A DNA stretch of 64,000 nt from positions 1 through 64,000 of the IMG/VR virus record IMGVR_UViG_3300015371_000013; one strand, 5' to 3'. Both the position numbers and the translations under genes were made by a program. Position 1 is the stretch's first letter. Every line of letters starts with the position of its first letter. This stretch comes from a virus. This document shows, piece by piece, positions 9,085 through 18,600 of the stretch. A model generated the notes under the pieces. It saw nothing but the letters and a program-made list of their open reading frames with translations. It was not told the DNA's origin and did no database searches.

Positions 9085-9333
9085 CTAAGACGGTCCAATC
9101 ATGAGCTGGACGCCGTCGGGACGAGTGATCATGGCGGGCAGGCCCGTGGTGAGGATGTCATTGACGATGTGGTCGGGAATATGCAACGTGGTGGCCGGGT
9201 TGCTGAAATTGGCTCCGAGGAGTTTCAGCGTGGCAACACAGGCTGCGGTTCCGACAACACTGCCGAACATCACCCCTTGGGCTCGCGGGTCATGAACGAA
9301 CTCGTTGAAACGGGTCTTGAGCTTGTCCTTCAT
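9085..9333 (-). CDS. Single-pass membrane cassette protein
   Basis: RBS AGGAGG, TM segment, flanked by promoter 9360-9383 and terminator 9039-9071. Confidence 0.7.
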   Translation of the reverse strand: MKDKLKTRFNEFVHDPRAQGVMFGSVVGTAACVATLKLLGANFSNPATTLHIPDHIVNDILTTGLPAMITRPDGVQLMIGPS

Positions 9334-9359
9334 GGTCCTCCTTGGGATAGTAGGTTTTC

Positions 9360-9383
9360 GTTATAGGAGGAGAAATAACCGCG
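9360..9383 (-). promoter_or_regulatory. Phage promoter element CGCG-N14-TATAAC
   Basis: Consensus spacing. Confidence 0.75.
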
Positions 9384-9389
9384 AACGAT

Positions 9390-9605
9390 TCATGGGCCTC
9401 TTTCGATAAGCTCGATTTCACGCTGTAAATACCACGCCGCTTTTCTAAGATCGGTGAGCGTATGATCTTTCTTACTCGCTCGAGAAATGTATTTGACCGT
9501 ATTTCCGAGATGGAAACCGAGTCCCCACGCTTCGATCACCTTGATAGTTTCATAAGGATCGTCGGCCCCTCCATAATGAGCGGGATGGTCTACCTGCTCG
9601 GCCAT
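9390..9605 (-). CDS. DUF3310-family protein
   Basis: VDHPAHY...GFHLGNTVKYISRA...DLRKAAWYL. Confidence 0.85.
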   Translation of the reverse strand: MAEQVDHPAHYGGADDPYETIKVIEAWGLGFHLGNTVKYISRASKKDHTLTDLRKAAWYLQREIELIERGP

Positions 9606-10895
9606 CTAATTCCTTTCTACAGGTTTACACACTCGATTACAGTTCAGACAAACGAAGAATTCTCCGGTGGTCTCGATCACCCGCATCAAGGCGGTCTGAC
9701 AACAATCGCTTGATCGAAACGCCGATCGATAATAACTGGTCCGCTCGTTACCCTGAGGAAGATGTTCTAGATGTCCACCGTGTTTTATGATCTCAGGATC
9801 GGGAAGCGAAGGCATCTAGTTACGATTACGAATATCGGCCATTATCGAAGCGATTATGAATCGATTACGATCTACTTCTGCCTGTTGACGATCCAGTTGC
9901 AGTTGAACATGCTGATTCCTCGGTGCCGCGCCTCGAGCGTGGTTAATCTGAGCCTGGACCTCGTCCAAGTTTTCTATCTCGTCGGTAAGATGAAATAACG
10001 TGGTAAGAGGATCAGTCACAATCGCCAACTCTTAAGCGCTTTGTCAACTGCGTGTTTGTGCTTGTTGGTAATAAGCACGGGACGGATCTCCGTTAGCACT
10101 CTGCGTAGAATGCGATTCTCTCTCCGCGCTAGTTCCAATTGATGATGAAGTCTATCGCGCTCCTCGATGCCCCGATTCGGGCTTCCAAATCCCTGGCTCA
10201 TCCTTGGATCTCCTTGTCAGTCCTTTCTTGGTTTAGAGTTTCATCCATCTCTTTCGCTTTATTTAGCAGAGCCTCCGGAATATCGAATCCCCCTTCCCTT
10301 ACATCCCTGACTACATCCTCATAAGTTTGGGCGTAATGAATGATCACTCGGTTCATTCTCATTCCCGGCGGAGTGATCGGCTTGAGATCGAGATTAAGAG
10401 GCATCCCCGCTTTCAAACGACGGAGGTTTTCTTCGTTGATGCCAATGATTCCAATAGGGCCTTGATTGGTCTGAAACGCGAATTGGATCATGATCCTTCA
10501 CATCCACGTCGAAAAGTCTTCAGCTCAGGATCCCACTGATACCAGCAGTAGAAATTCTCGAGGGGTTGCGACTCAAAGGTCTCGTCGAACATGGTATTTC
10601 GACCACAGTGGACGCAGAGACCTCTACGATCCAGACATGCTCGGCACAGCGCAAAAATGGCGGTAAGGGGATCCAGTCCGCAACCCGCCTGATGAGCGTT
10701 GATCTTGCCTCGTCCCGAAGGTTTACCTTTGATGATTGAAAATCCTGCTACCGCAACCCAGACAATCGGCTTTTGCTCGTCGTCGTATCTCAGCTGGATT
10801 TCGCGAGCCCCGTTACGACGGATAAGATCGATGCCCCCCATGTAACGCGGATCTTCAACTACCGATCTTAAATCGTTGGTCTCAAATATCGGCAT
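9606..10895 (-). other. Run of five small hypothetical CDSs (9606..9815, 9816..10028, 10016..10201, 10198..10491, 10488..10895)
   Basis: Abutting or overlapping starts and stops; two carry CxxC motifs. Confidence 0.6.
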
Positions 10896-11073
10896 GTTCT
10901 CCTCAAGTGAAGTGGTGTTGGCGCCAAGGGCGCCGTGTCTTGCCCGAGTGAAGTTTTATCCACGCCGAAGGCGTCCGCGAATTGAGCAAATTCAAAGAAC
11001 CCGGTTGCCAAACCCTTCCCGAGCTCCGGTTCCCCGGCCATACGAGAGTCACTCGCGTCTGGAGGGAATCATC

Positions 11074-11622
11074 TCAGCAGTTAGGCCACGCGTCGTACGT
11101 CACGCGACTGGCCACGAGATCCTGCTCAGCTTCCGAAGCCGAGCCATAGGATCCGGAACTTCCTCCGTGCGCTACCCAGGTTCGATAATCGAACTGGTAC
11201 TTACCCCAATATAGTCCGTTGGACGAGACGACCTGACTGTTACCAGACGACTCGCAATGTGGATTGACCATCGAATTCGACGATCCATTGGAGTAGGTCC
11301 GAGGATTCGACCCTCCCACCGCGCTTGCGGAGGATATCGTAGCGGTCGCACCACCGTAGACCTGCTCATACAACCCGTCAACACACCCCTGACCCGCGTC
11401 ATTGGAAAGGATGCCATCAGAACAAATCCCTCCGCCCCCACTTGAGGATCCTCCTCCGGATCCGTAAACCTGTTCGTAGAGGCCATCTGAGCAACCCTGA
11501 CCCGCGTCGTTGGAGAGAACTCCGTCGTGGCAAATCGGTGAGTCCGCCGCGGCCATCGCCGGGAGGACCATAGCCACTGCCGCCATGAATATGAGGGCAG
11601 TCATGGTCTTAGCCAAACGCAT
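11074..11622 (-). CDS. rpf: Secreted Rpf-like transglycosylase with duplicated Cys-containing N-terminal module
   Basis: Signal peptide; CESSGN...GKYQFDYRTW..GG...ASEAEQD...AWPNC; RBS GAGGA before Met at 11622. Confidence 0.85.
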   Translation of the reverse strand: MRLAKTMTALIFMAAVAMVLPAMAAADSPICHDGVLSNDAGQGCSDGLYEQVYGSGGGSSSGGGGICSDGILSNDAGQGCVDGLYEQVYGGATATISSASAVGGSNPRTYSNGSSNSMVNPHCESSGNSQVVSSNGLYWGKYQFDYRTWVAHGGSSGSYGSASEAEQDLVASRVTYDAWPNC

Positions 11623-11716
11623 AATTAATTGTCCTCGGCCATCTCTCCGATGTCTAATTGCTTTCTCAGCCCATCGGCCATGACCGGTGGACAACCTCCT
11701 TTGTTTGTGAGATTAC

Positions 11717-11760
11717 AAAAAAGGGGCGCTCTAGCCCCGGGTCGAAGTAGAACGCCCCTG
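11717..11760 (-). terminator. Intrinsic terminator upstream of rpf
   Basis: GGGGCGTTCTA...TAGAGCGCCCC-TTTTTT. Confidence 0.7.
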
Positions 11761-11863
11761 CCATCAATATATGTGAACCGTGTGGGAAAATTTTGAATTA
11801 AAGCGTAGGCCCTTTAGTGCTTCCAGCCCATGGCTACCTCCTTTCCTAAAGGGTTACAATATA

Positions 11864-12050
11864 ATGAGGTTCGGTAGAGGGAGATACAGCCCATCCTCTT
11901 TCCTTCGGGATCCTTGAGGGGACACTCAAGAATCGCGCCTACCGCATTACCGGCTATTCGACCTCATCTTTGGAGTAGGAGGGGTGAGCAGCCAGCTCGC
12001 TCATGTCCTCCCAGCGATCAACGTGGCTGGGTTTCTTCGCTTACTCCAAA
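11864..12050 (-). ncRNA. Two adjacent candidate structured RNAs
   Basis: Closing stems 11864-70/11961-67 and 11969-77/12042-50, each with internal hairpins; no credible ORF. Confidence 0.5.
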
Positions 12051-12092
12051 TTTTGCGGGTGTCTCTCCATCATCCCGCGACAGTCTACATCA

Positions 12093-12283
12093 TCAGATTG
12101 GACGTGCCATCTGAGTCCCTTCGACCTTGATCATCCTCGGATTCTCTGTCCCGTACAGATGATTAGCGGTTCGAAGTCCCATCTCGTTTGCCTTCTTCTT
12201 CACTTGCCATCGATTTATCTCACCGCGGTCATCGAGATTCTTCCGTACCCAGATCATGAGACGAGTGGATATACTTTCATGCA
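12093..12283 (-). CDS. Hypothetical protein (likely start MHES)
   Basis: AAAGGAG RBS before an internal Met. Confidence 0.55.
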
Positions 12284-12314
12284 TTATGTCTCCTTTCATC
12301 ACGCGATCCGACTA

Positions 12315-12612
12315 AGACCGGCGGGTGGGGTCCTGACCTGTTCTCCTAACCCATTTTAGGTTAGAAACATCAATCAGAAACCCCACCCTATCCCTACGCC
12401 GCACGGTTCGCAGGGAATCTTTAAGTTTGCGAGCGATTGCCTGGTCAGAGGATAACCTAAGGATGGATGTCGACACCCTTTCGATTTTACGCAAGGAATT
12501 ACAACCCCTGACCAAGTTGATAGCAACGGGTCGACGGCCGGAGTGGCTCGGCCGGGCCCTTTGGCTCTCCCCGTCGCTCCTCTATCTGCTGCGCAGACGG
12601 CCACTAACCGGA
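12315..12612 (-). ncRNA. Candidate ~300-nt multi-domain structured RNA
   Basis: Stems 12323-31/12380-88, 12442-48/12508-14, 12538-47/12600-11; overlapping ORFs look spurious. Confidence 0.5.
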
Positions 12613-12620
12613 GTTTAGAC

Positions 12621-12983
12621 CTACCGTCTCAACATCGAGACGACTTCAGTTCTTTGCCGCTGCGACAATCCCCCGATGGTTTTGAAAGGGGAAATACGGC
12701 ATTGCTGCAGGACTTTGTTGACCTTGATCCGCCCGTATTTGGGGCAAGCCATCATCGCATCAAAGAGCTTCATGGACTCGACCCACTCCGGCGGTTCGAG
12801 GAGAATATCGTGGATCGACTTACGTCGGGACTTCAGATCACGCTTCAGATTGGCTCTCAGAGAGCGGATGCGATTGGCCTCATTCAAGGCTGCCCGGCGT
12901 TGGATCAAAGATCGATCGGGTATCTTTCTTTCTACCTGTTCGGGTTTCCTTTGTTTCTGGGATTTATCCTGGGTGATCGTCAT
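12621..12983 (-). CDS. mihF: Actinobacterial integration host factor (mIHF/sIHF, H2TH fold)
   Basis: QRRAALNEANRIR..RA.LK..LK, PKYGRIKVNKVL..CRIS..KTIGGLSQRQR..V. Confidence 0.85.
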   Translation of the reverse strand: MTITQDKSQKQRKPEQVERKIPDRSLIQRRAALNEANRIRSLRANLKRDLKSRRKSIHDILLEPPEWVESMKLFDAMMACPKYGRIKVNKVLQQCRISPFKTIGGLSQRQRTEVVSMLRR

Positions 12984-12987
12984 CTAC

Positions 12988-13317
12988 TTAGGCTGCCCTT
13001 TCAGTCCTCTCGGGGTCTTCGGATGTTTCCTGGGGCTGTACCTCATCGAATGAGTCGTGGAAGGCCTTGTTGGTGTAGACCTTGTATCCCCGCTCGGTAT
13101 AGAGCAGCCAATCTCCGACAAATGCCTTCGTCTGGCGGGGGTTCTTGGGGTTGTGGACCCGGACCCGAATGAACTTCTTTGTACCCTTTCCCGGTACCTC
13201 GTCTTCTTGCACCTCGCCTTGGCACCAGTCCACCACCTCGTCGAAATTGGCGTTGGTGATTCTTACCGCATCGACGTAGAGGGGCTTCCTGATGAACTTG
13301 GTTGTGGTAACACGCAT
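12988..13317 (-). CDS. PGDYG-like (RKP...V.A / GD(W/Y)) family protein
   Basis: FIRKPLYVDAV...AFVGDWL...F..SF. Confidence 0.6.
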   Translation of the reverse strand: MRVTTTKFIRKPLYVDAVRITNANFDEVVDWCQGEVQEDEVPGKGTKKFIRVRVHNPKNPRQTKAFVGDWLLYTERGYKVYTNKAFHDSFDEVQPQETSEDPERTERAA

Positions 13318-13398
13318 AGGTACGACTCGGTGTCCTTCCATTGTATAGCGACTTTACAATGCCCGACAGTGGACTACCTTCGTTGTACTCTCCTTATC

Positions 13399-13602
13399 CT
13401 ACTGAGGATCTTGCCTGCGATACTTCTTCTTGATCTTCTCTTGTCGCTTTTCTTCAGCGCGTTCCATATACTCTTTGCGCACGCGACGAAATTTAACTTC
13501 GTCGGGGTTTGCCATAGCATGGGTATGCCCCAAGTAGTAACCATAGGCAAATATGCTGGTCATCACTGCCCCCTTACGAAGAAGTATCAGGGTTTTCCTC
13601 AC
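13399..13602 (-). CDS. Small membrane-anchored hypothetical protein
   Basis: GTGA coupling to ssb, short hydrophobic segment. Confidence 0.5.
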   Translation of the reverse strand: MRKTLILLRKGAVMTSIFAYGYYLGHTHAMANPDEVKFRRVRKEYMERAEEKRQEKIKKKYRRQDPQ

Positions 13603-14060
13603 TGCTGATCCATTTCGGCGTACTTACGTTCGAGAGCGTCCTCCTCAATGGTCACGTACATGGACTGGACGTAGGCCGTAATCCCGCTACGACCACCTTT
13701 CTCCCAAGGATAAGGCCGAACGATGAGGTCGACATTGACAATATCAGCCCAATCGAGGGTCTCCACCGTGTCCTCGGTGAGCGTGGTCTTACCCCGATCG
13801 GTGACCAAAGTGATCTTCGGAGGGCGACCTACGTCGTAGCGAACCTTGACCGGCAGCCAAGGGGTGGGGGTCTCTTCCTCATCCCGAGGGTCGAGAACCT
13901 TGACATTCCAACCGTCAGCGGCCATAGCCTCGGCAATATCCTCCGGAAGCACGACTCCGAAGTTCTTGGCTCCCTCCTGGTTGAAGGGGCCTCCTCTTCC
14001 GGTGAAATTACGGAAGATAAGACGAACACCTTCCATCACCACCGAATCATTGGCGGGCAT
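13599..14060 (-). CDS. ssb: Single-stranded DNA-binding protein
   Basis: RLIFRNFTG...KNFGVVL...LDWADIVNVDLIVRPYPW...GITAY, acidic tail; in replication module. Confidence 0.75.
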   Translation of the reverse strand: MPANDSVVMEGVRLIFRNFTGRGGPFNQEGAKNFGVVLPEDIAEAMAADGWNVKVLDPRDEEETPTPWLPVKVRYDVGRPPKITLVTDRGKTTLTEDTVETLDWADIVNVDLIVRPYPWEKGGRSGITAYVQSMYVTIEEDALERKYAEMDQQ

Positions 14061-14078
14061 TATACTCTCCTCTCACCA

Positions 14079-14288
14079 TCACTTTGCCTGTAGTTGTACA
14101 AGCATAGAATATGCCTGCACCTTGGCCAATAGCAGAGGAATCATCACCCAGTTGCCATTGGTATCCCGAAATTTTTCAGGAGTGGTGCCACTTCTCTTGG
14201 CCATCTCCTCTACTTCTTTGATCTGAACGTCGATCTGTCTCAACATCCGGATCGTGTCTCGGCGCAGAATATCGTCATTGATGATCAT
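14079..14288 (-). CDS. Hypothetical protein
   Basis: ATGA coupling. Confidence 0.55.
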   Translation of the reverse strand: MIINDDILRRDTIRMLRQIDVQIKEVEEMAKRSGTTPEKFRDTNGNWVMIPLLLAKVQAYSMLVQLQAK

Positions 14289-14653
14289 GTCTCTACCTTG
14301 GGTGGGGGATGAGCTACTGGTTCATAAGGCTCATACTGGGCTTCAAAATCGGCCGCGCTGAGCCGGTAATACCTTCCTTTCTGATCGGTGACAATATAGT
14401 CTCCAGGACAGACGATCTCTTCCCCGTTCACTCCCTCCAACAAGCCATGCTTCTGCATGATGTTGCCGCAGTCAGGACAGAATCGTCCTCCGGGGATGTT
14501 GAGCGATCGAAAATATAGAACCACCTTACCCTCGGTTAGACTCGGGGAGCCCTCAGCGCGCTTAACTGGTTGCGTGTCGTCCAGAGGGTGATCACCGTTC
14601 TTAAACCACTGGGTGGCCTCAGTGAGTACTGGCTTTTTACGATACTTAGTCAT
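14285..14653 (-). CDS. PGDYG-like protein with CxxC-H-C insert (paralog 1)
   Basis: KYRKKP..EATQWFKNGDHP, CPDCG..M.KHG, CPGDYIV. Confidence 0.7.
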   Translation of the reverse strand: MTKYRKKPVLTEATQWFKNGDHPLDDTQPVKRAEGSPSLTEGKVVLYFRSLNIPGGRFCPDCGNIMQKHGLLEGVNGEEIVCPGDYIVTDQKGRYYRLSAADFEAQYEPYEPVAHPPPKVET

Positions 14654-15090
14654 GGCTGTGCATGTTGACGATATCGGCGTATCAGACGCTTCTCGACACT
14701 CGAAAGCGGTTTCTCACCGGGACGAGGTGGAGGAGCATAGATTTCGTATTTAGATTCAAATTCTCCCCTACTGAGTCGGTAATAAAGCCCGTTTCGATCG
14801 GTGACAATATAGTCTCCGGGGCAGATGATCTCTTCCCCGTTGACCCCGTCCAAGAAGCCGTGATTTTTCATGAGATTGCCACACTCAGGACAATATCGAT
14901 TCCCCGCGGTATTGAGCGCGTCCATCGACTCCATCGCATCCAGCGAGCGGAAATGTTGCACCACCTTTCCCTCGCTTAACTTTGGGGGTCCTCCCAAATG
15001 CTCTACGAGCCTTGACTCATCTTGGGGATGATCTCCGTTTTTAAACCATTGAGTGGCCTCGGTCAACGCGGTCTTCTTGCGATACTTCAC
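14650..15090 (-). CDS. PGDYG-like protein with CxxC-H-C insert (paralog 2)
   Basis: Near-identical motifs to 14285..14653; GTG start after GAGGAG. Confidence 0.7.
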   Translation of the reverse strand: MKYRKKTALTEATQWFKNGDHPQDESRLVEHLGGPPKLSEGKVVQHFRSLDAMESMDALNTAGNRYCPECGNLMKNHGFLDGVNGEEIICPGDYIVTDRNGLYYRLSRGEFESKYEIYAPPPRPGEKPLSSVEKRLIRRYRQHAQP

Positions 15091-15688
15091 TCTCCTCCTC
15101 TCCCCAAAGCATGTCCTACGGCCAGACCTTGCAGCCAACCTGTCGAGTAGACCACGGTTTTACTGGTTTCCTGATCCAATCTCTCTCTGTGAGCGTAGGC
15201 ATTGGCAAAGGCGTAGTTCACCAGCTTCTCTGAAGGTCCCAGACCGAGTTCGTCGAGCATTCCCCACCCGATGGGGTTTTTCTGCTTCGCTGCCTCTACT
15301 CGATCAAGAGCGGCGTTGATTTCGTCCTCGCTATAGGGCATTAAACGCTTTCATCTTTCTCGCGATAGAGAATCGGCTGATATGACGGATCGATAGCCAA
15401 TCCGTGGTTTTTCGCTTCCCGGATCAGATCCTCTACCTCATACATCTTGCTGTCCGGCGTAGCCCCCAACCAGGCCACGATTTGATCGTCCTTGGGAAGC
15501 ACTAGATTATGAACCTGCAGATAGAAACTCTGAAGCGGCTGATCCCACCCGAACACCCACTTCATGGTTGCTTTCCGATTTACGACAACATGCCTCGACA
15601 CTGAGTCCTTTCTTCTCTTAACTTGGAGTACCGGATTCGACTTCGCCTCCGGATCGATGAGAATATGAATGTTGGTGATACCCATCAT
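15087..15688 (-). other. Two hypothetical CDSs (15087..15341, 15341..15688)
   Basis: Translationally coupled ORFs. Confidence 0.6.
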
Positions 15689-18600
15689 GACACGAACTTT
15701 CTAAAGGAACCAAATCCTTCGATAGCTGTGACAGCAGCATCTTTGAGCTTCTCGAAATATGACATGTCGATCTGCAAATCGTCTCCGGCTTCGATAGCCG
15801 CCTCAGATTCCATCCACAAATGACCCTTGGTTCCACTCACCGCGTAGTACTTGTCTTCAAAGCATCGATAGAGAGCTCCGCCGCCCTCTTTTACGGGTAC
15901 AAACAGCCCAGTCCTGCCCACATGCTTTAATTGTCCATCGGAGGCGCTTAGAACCCCGTTTACGGGCGTCTCAGAGCCTGTGTAGAGATACATGGTTCCC
16001 TTCTGGACGCTGCGCGCCTCGCAATAATCGTCGAAGGTTGTTCCTTCTTTTGAAAATAGGGTCTTGAACACGTAGGGATGCTGGAATTGAGCTCCCACTG
16101 CCTCCCAGTTGTACTTCGGGTATCCCTCTTCCCAGGGGACGGTCTGAATCCCGGCAATATAAACCGCATCGTTGACCAGACAGAAGCGATCGACAGTTTC
16201 CTCATGCTCGAATTCGTACCCATAAAGTGAGCCGAAGGTTTTCACCGCGCCGATGACATCAAGGTTGGCGTTCGGGATTTTCACCGAGTCGGTCTTGATA
16301 TGGATGACCTGATAGCCCTCGTCTTGGAGAAACTGCTTTAAGTCGATCATGAACAGCGCGCCACGCTTGGCTACGATGTTGTCTTTGTTGCGAACATCTC
16401 GGAATGGATTGTCGAACTTGGCAGACGTGAGACCATACACAATATTGAGAGCGATACGCAAGGCGTAGGCCAAGTCGGTGCCATGGCGTCCTGCCGTATC
16501 GTCCTCGGCGCCTTCCAAGAATTTGGCGAGTCGTCCATCGAGAAGAAACCGAGCTTTCTCGTAGTCCTCTTGCTTGATCGCCACGCGCGCTTCGGTGAGC
16601 GCAGCGTAATTCTTGGTGTAAGGGCCAAATAAGTTTAGAATTTTGATGGTCGTAGGATGCATGCTGACCACATCCAACACTGCCACGTTCTCATAGATTC
16701 CGGGTTCGGCGTAGACGTAGCCTCCCTCTCCCGGTTCCTCTCCCTTGTAATAGCTCTTGCCGAGCTCGAACTTGTAACCAGGAAACTGCTCGGAGAGATC
16801 TGTGTAGACGAACTTTTTGTGAGCCGTCTTTACATCTTTGCCAAATATGATTCGAGCGGTATGATTCTGAGTGGTGTCATTGACCGTCAATCCGGACAGC
16901 TCAGCCAGAATCTGTCGGGCCAGATAATCACCCCTACGAGCCTCGAATACGGCTTCGGTGGCCTTTACGTCATTGACACAGTACTCCACTACTCTTCCCC
17001 AGTTCGTCTCGTCTACCGGTTTATCCCAGGGAAGGTCTAACTCCATGTGAAGAATGCCGAGATCGATCTCGAATTTCTTCAAGGATTTCTTCTCGGTGGA
17101 GAAGTCCCAAATATCAGCGTAGGAGAGATTGTAAGCCTGGGCGAAGGTGGCTGCGCGGTTTCCCTCGATGATCTTGACAGTCAGACGATACAACTCTTCG
17201 TTGCTGGCACCCATAGCCGCAGCGTAGAGAATATGATTGTCAAAGCGGCGATTGTAGAACCCCACCAATTTGAACTTGAACAGTTCTGCCACATCATGCG
17301 GCTTGGGGTTGATCATTCTTGCCACGTCGGGTGATCCCTGAAACTTCCAGCACACCACGAAGAGGTTAGGATATACCTCGACATCAAAAAAGACAAGACG
17401 ATCATCAGTCACTTCCACTGATCTCTCAGCGGTGAATCTTTCTTCCTTGCTCTCTTCCGTCTCTTCCGAGGCCCACTTCATGTCCTTGACGATTCGCAAA
17501 CAGGCGGCAGCTTGATTAGACGAGTTGTTGGCAAACGCCATGATCTTGCTACGTAGATCAGTCACATCATACTTCATGCCTGATTCGTAGGCATCATCGA
17601 GAATCTTCTTGATGAAATCTATTGACGGCTTGGTGCCGGGATGAATCTCCTTGCGGAGATTTCGATTAATAAGTTCTCGCAGTCCTTGTTCGCTTTGAAT
17701 CGTCTTGGCCTTAAGCATCGTTTCCTTTCTCTCCCGCAGCGGCAAGCCTGAACTGATCTTTGCCACTGGTACCCGATTACAACGGGACAACTTCCGTCTT
17801 AGAGAGGCATCGCCCGAGTAGGTCTTAACTTCGACTCCCTCAGCGAACACAGGAGACAGTTCCGACACATCTCCGGTGTAAATATAGTGCAGGTGGATTC
17901 CCGAACCAGAACGGCTGATCTCGGCATAAGTGGCAGGCCACTGAGAGGCCGCTTCCAGATTTCGCTCTAGAGCCTTACGACCGTTTTGACCCTTGAGATC
18001 GAAATCGATCACCACGTGATTTTCCGGGATCTTTACGTAATGAATTTTACGCGTATCAATATCTGAGAGCTTGGTTTCCACATTGGCCCACCGTTTGGTA
18101 GGCATGCCCTCAGAATTGGCCAATTGCGCCGGGCAATCAGCGTAGAAATCATCAAGCAGGGACACCTTCTCTTCTAGGACCAGAGAAAATACGGTTCGAT
18201 CGTCGGTCGGGGCCTTGAACTTGTCAGCCGTAAACCCTCGGTACACACTGCGAACCAGCTCGCCATCGATTTCGACCCGGTCCTTGAACTCCTCAAAGTA
18301 ATTTCGCAGTTCTTCACGCATCTTGTACTGCGGAAGAGGCCGGTTGATCCCGCTTTCCTCACAGTAGGTCTTATACAGAAAATATGCTTGCTTTAAGGTA
18401 GTGTAATCCTGGCTCTTGAAGACGTCGTAATGGGCTTCGATGAAGTTAAAGAAGACGTCGGTCTGCAACATCATCTCCATCGGGCGATAGGTATTGTAGT
18501 AATTCTTACCCATGGACAAATAAACAGAAAGACAATGGTGAGCGATAGCGCCCAGCTCAAAGCCGATCTGGGTCATGAGCGTCTGATAACGCTTGGCCCC

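Noticed and set aside
10896-11073. ncRNA or gene in the gap after rpf
   Set aside because: Only two short hairpins and an RBS-less open frame; not enough support either way
11860-11870. Plus-strand TATAATG promoter
   Set aside because: No CGCG 14 nt upstream; the element reads better as the 3' end of a minus-strand RNA
11700-12050. c-di-AMP (ydaO) riboswitch upstream of rpf
   Set aside because: Conserved GCUGAA/GGGUGAA/GUCAGCUAAC elements are absent
12283-12305. Additional promoter copy
   Set aside because: Spacer is 13 nt and the hexamer overlaps the RBS/start; not counted
12538-12611. Glycine riboswitch (GGAGAG...CCGA resemblance)
   Set aside because: Lacks CCGAAG and CUCUCAGG core
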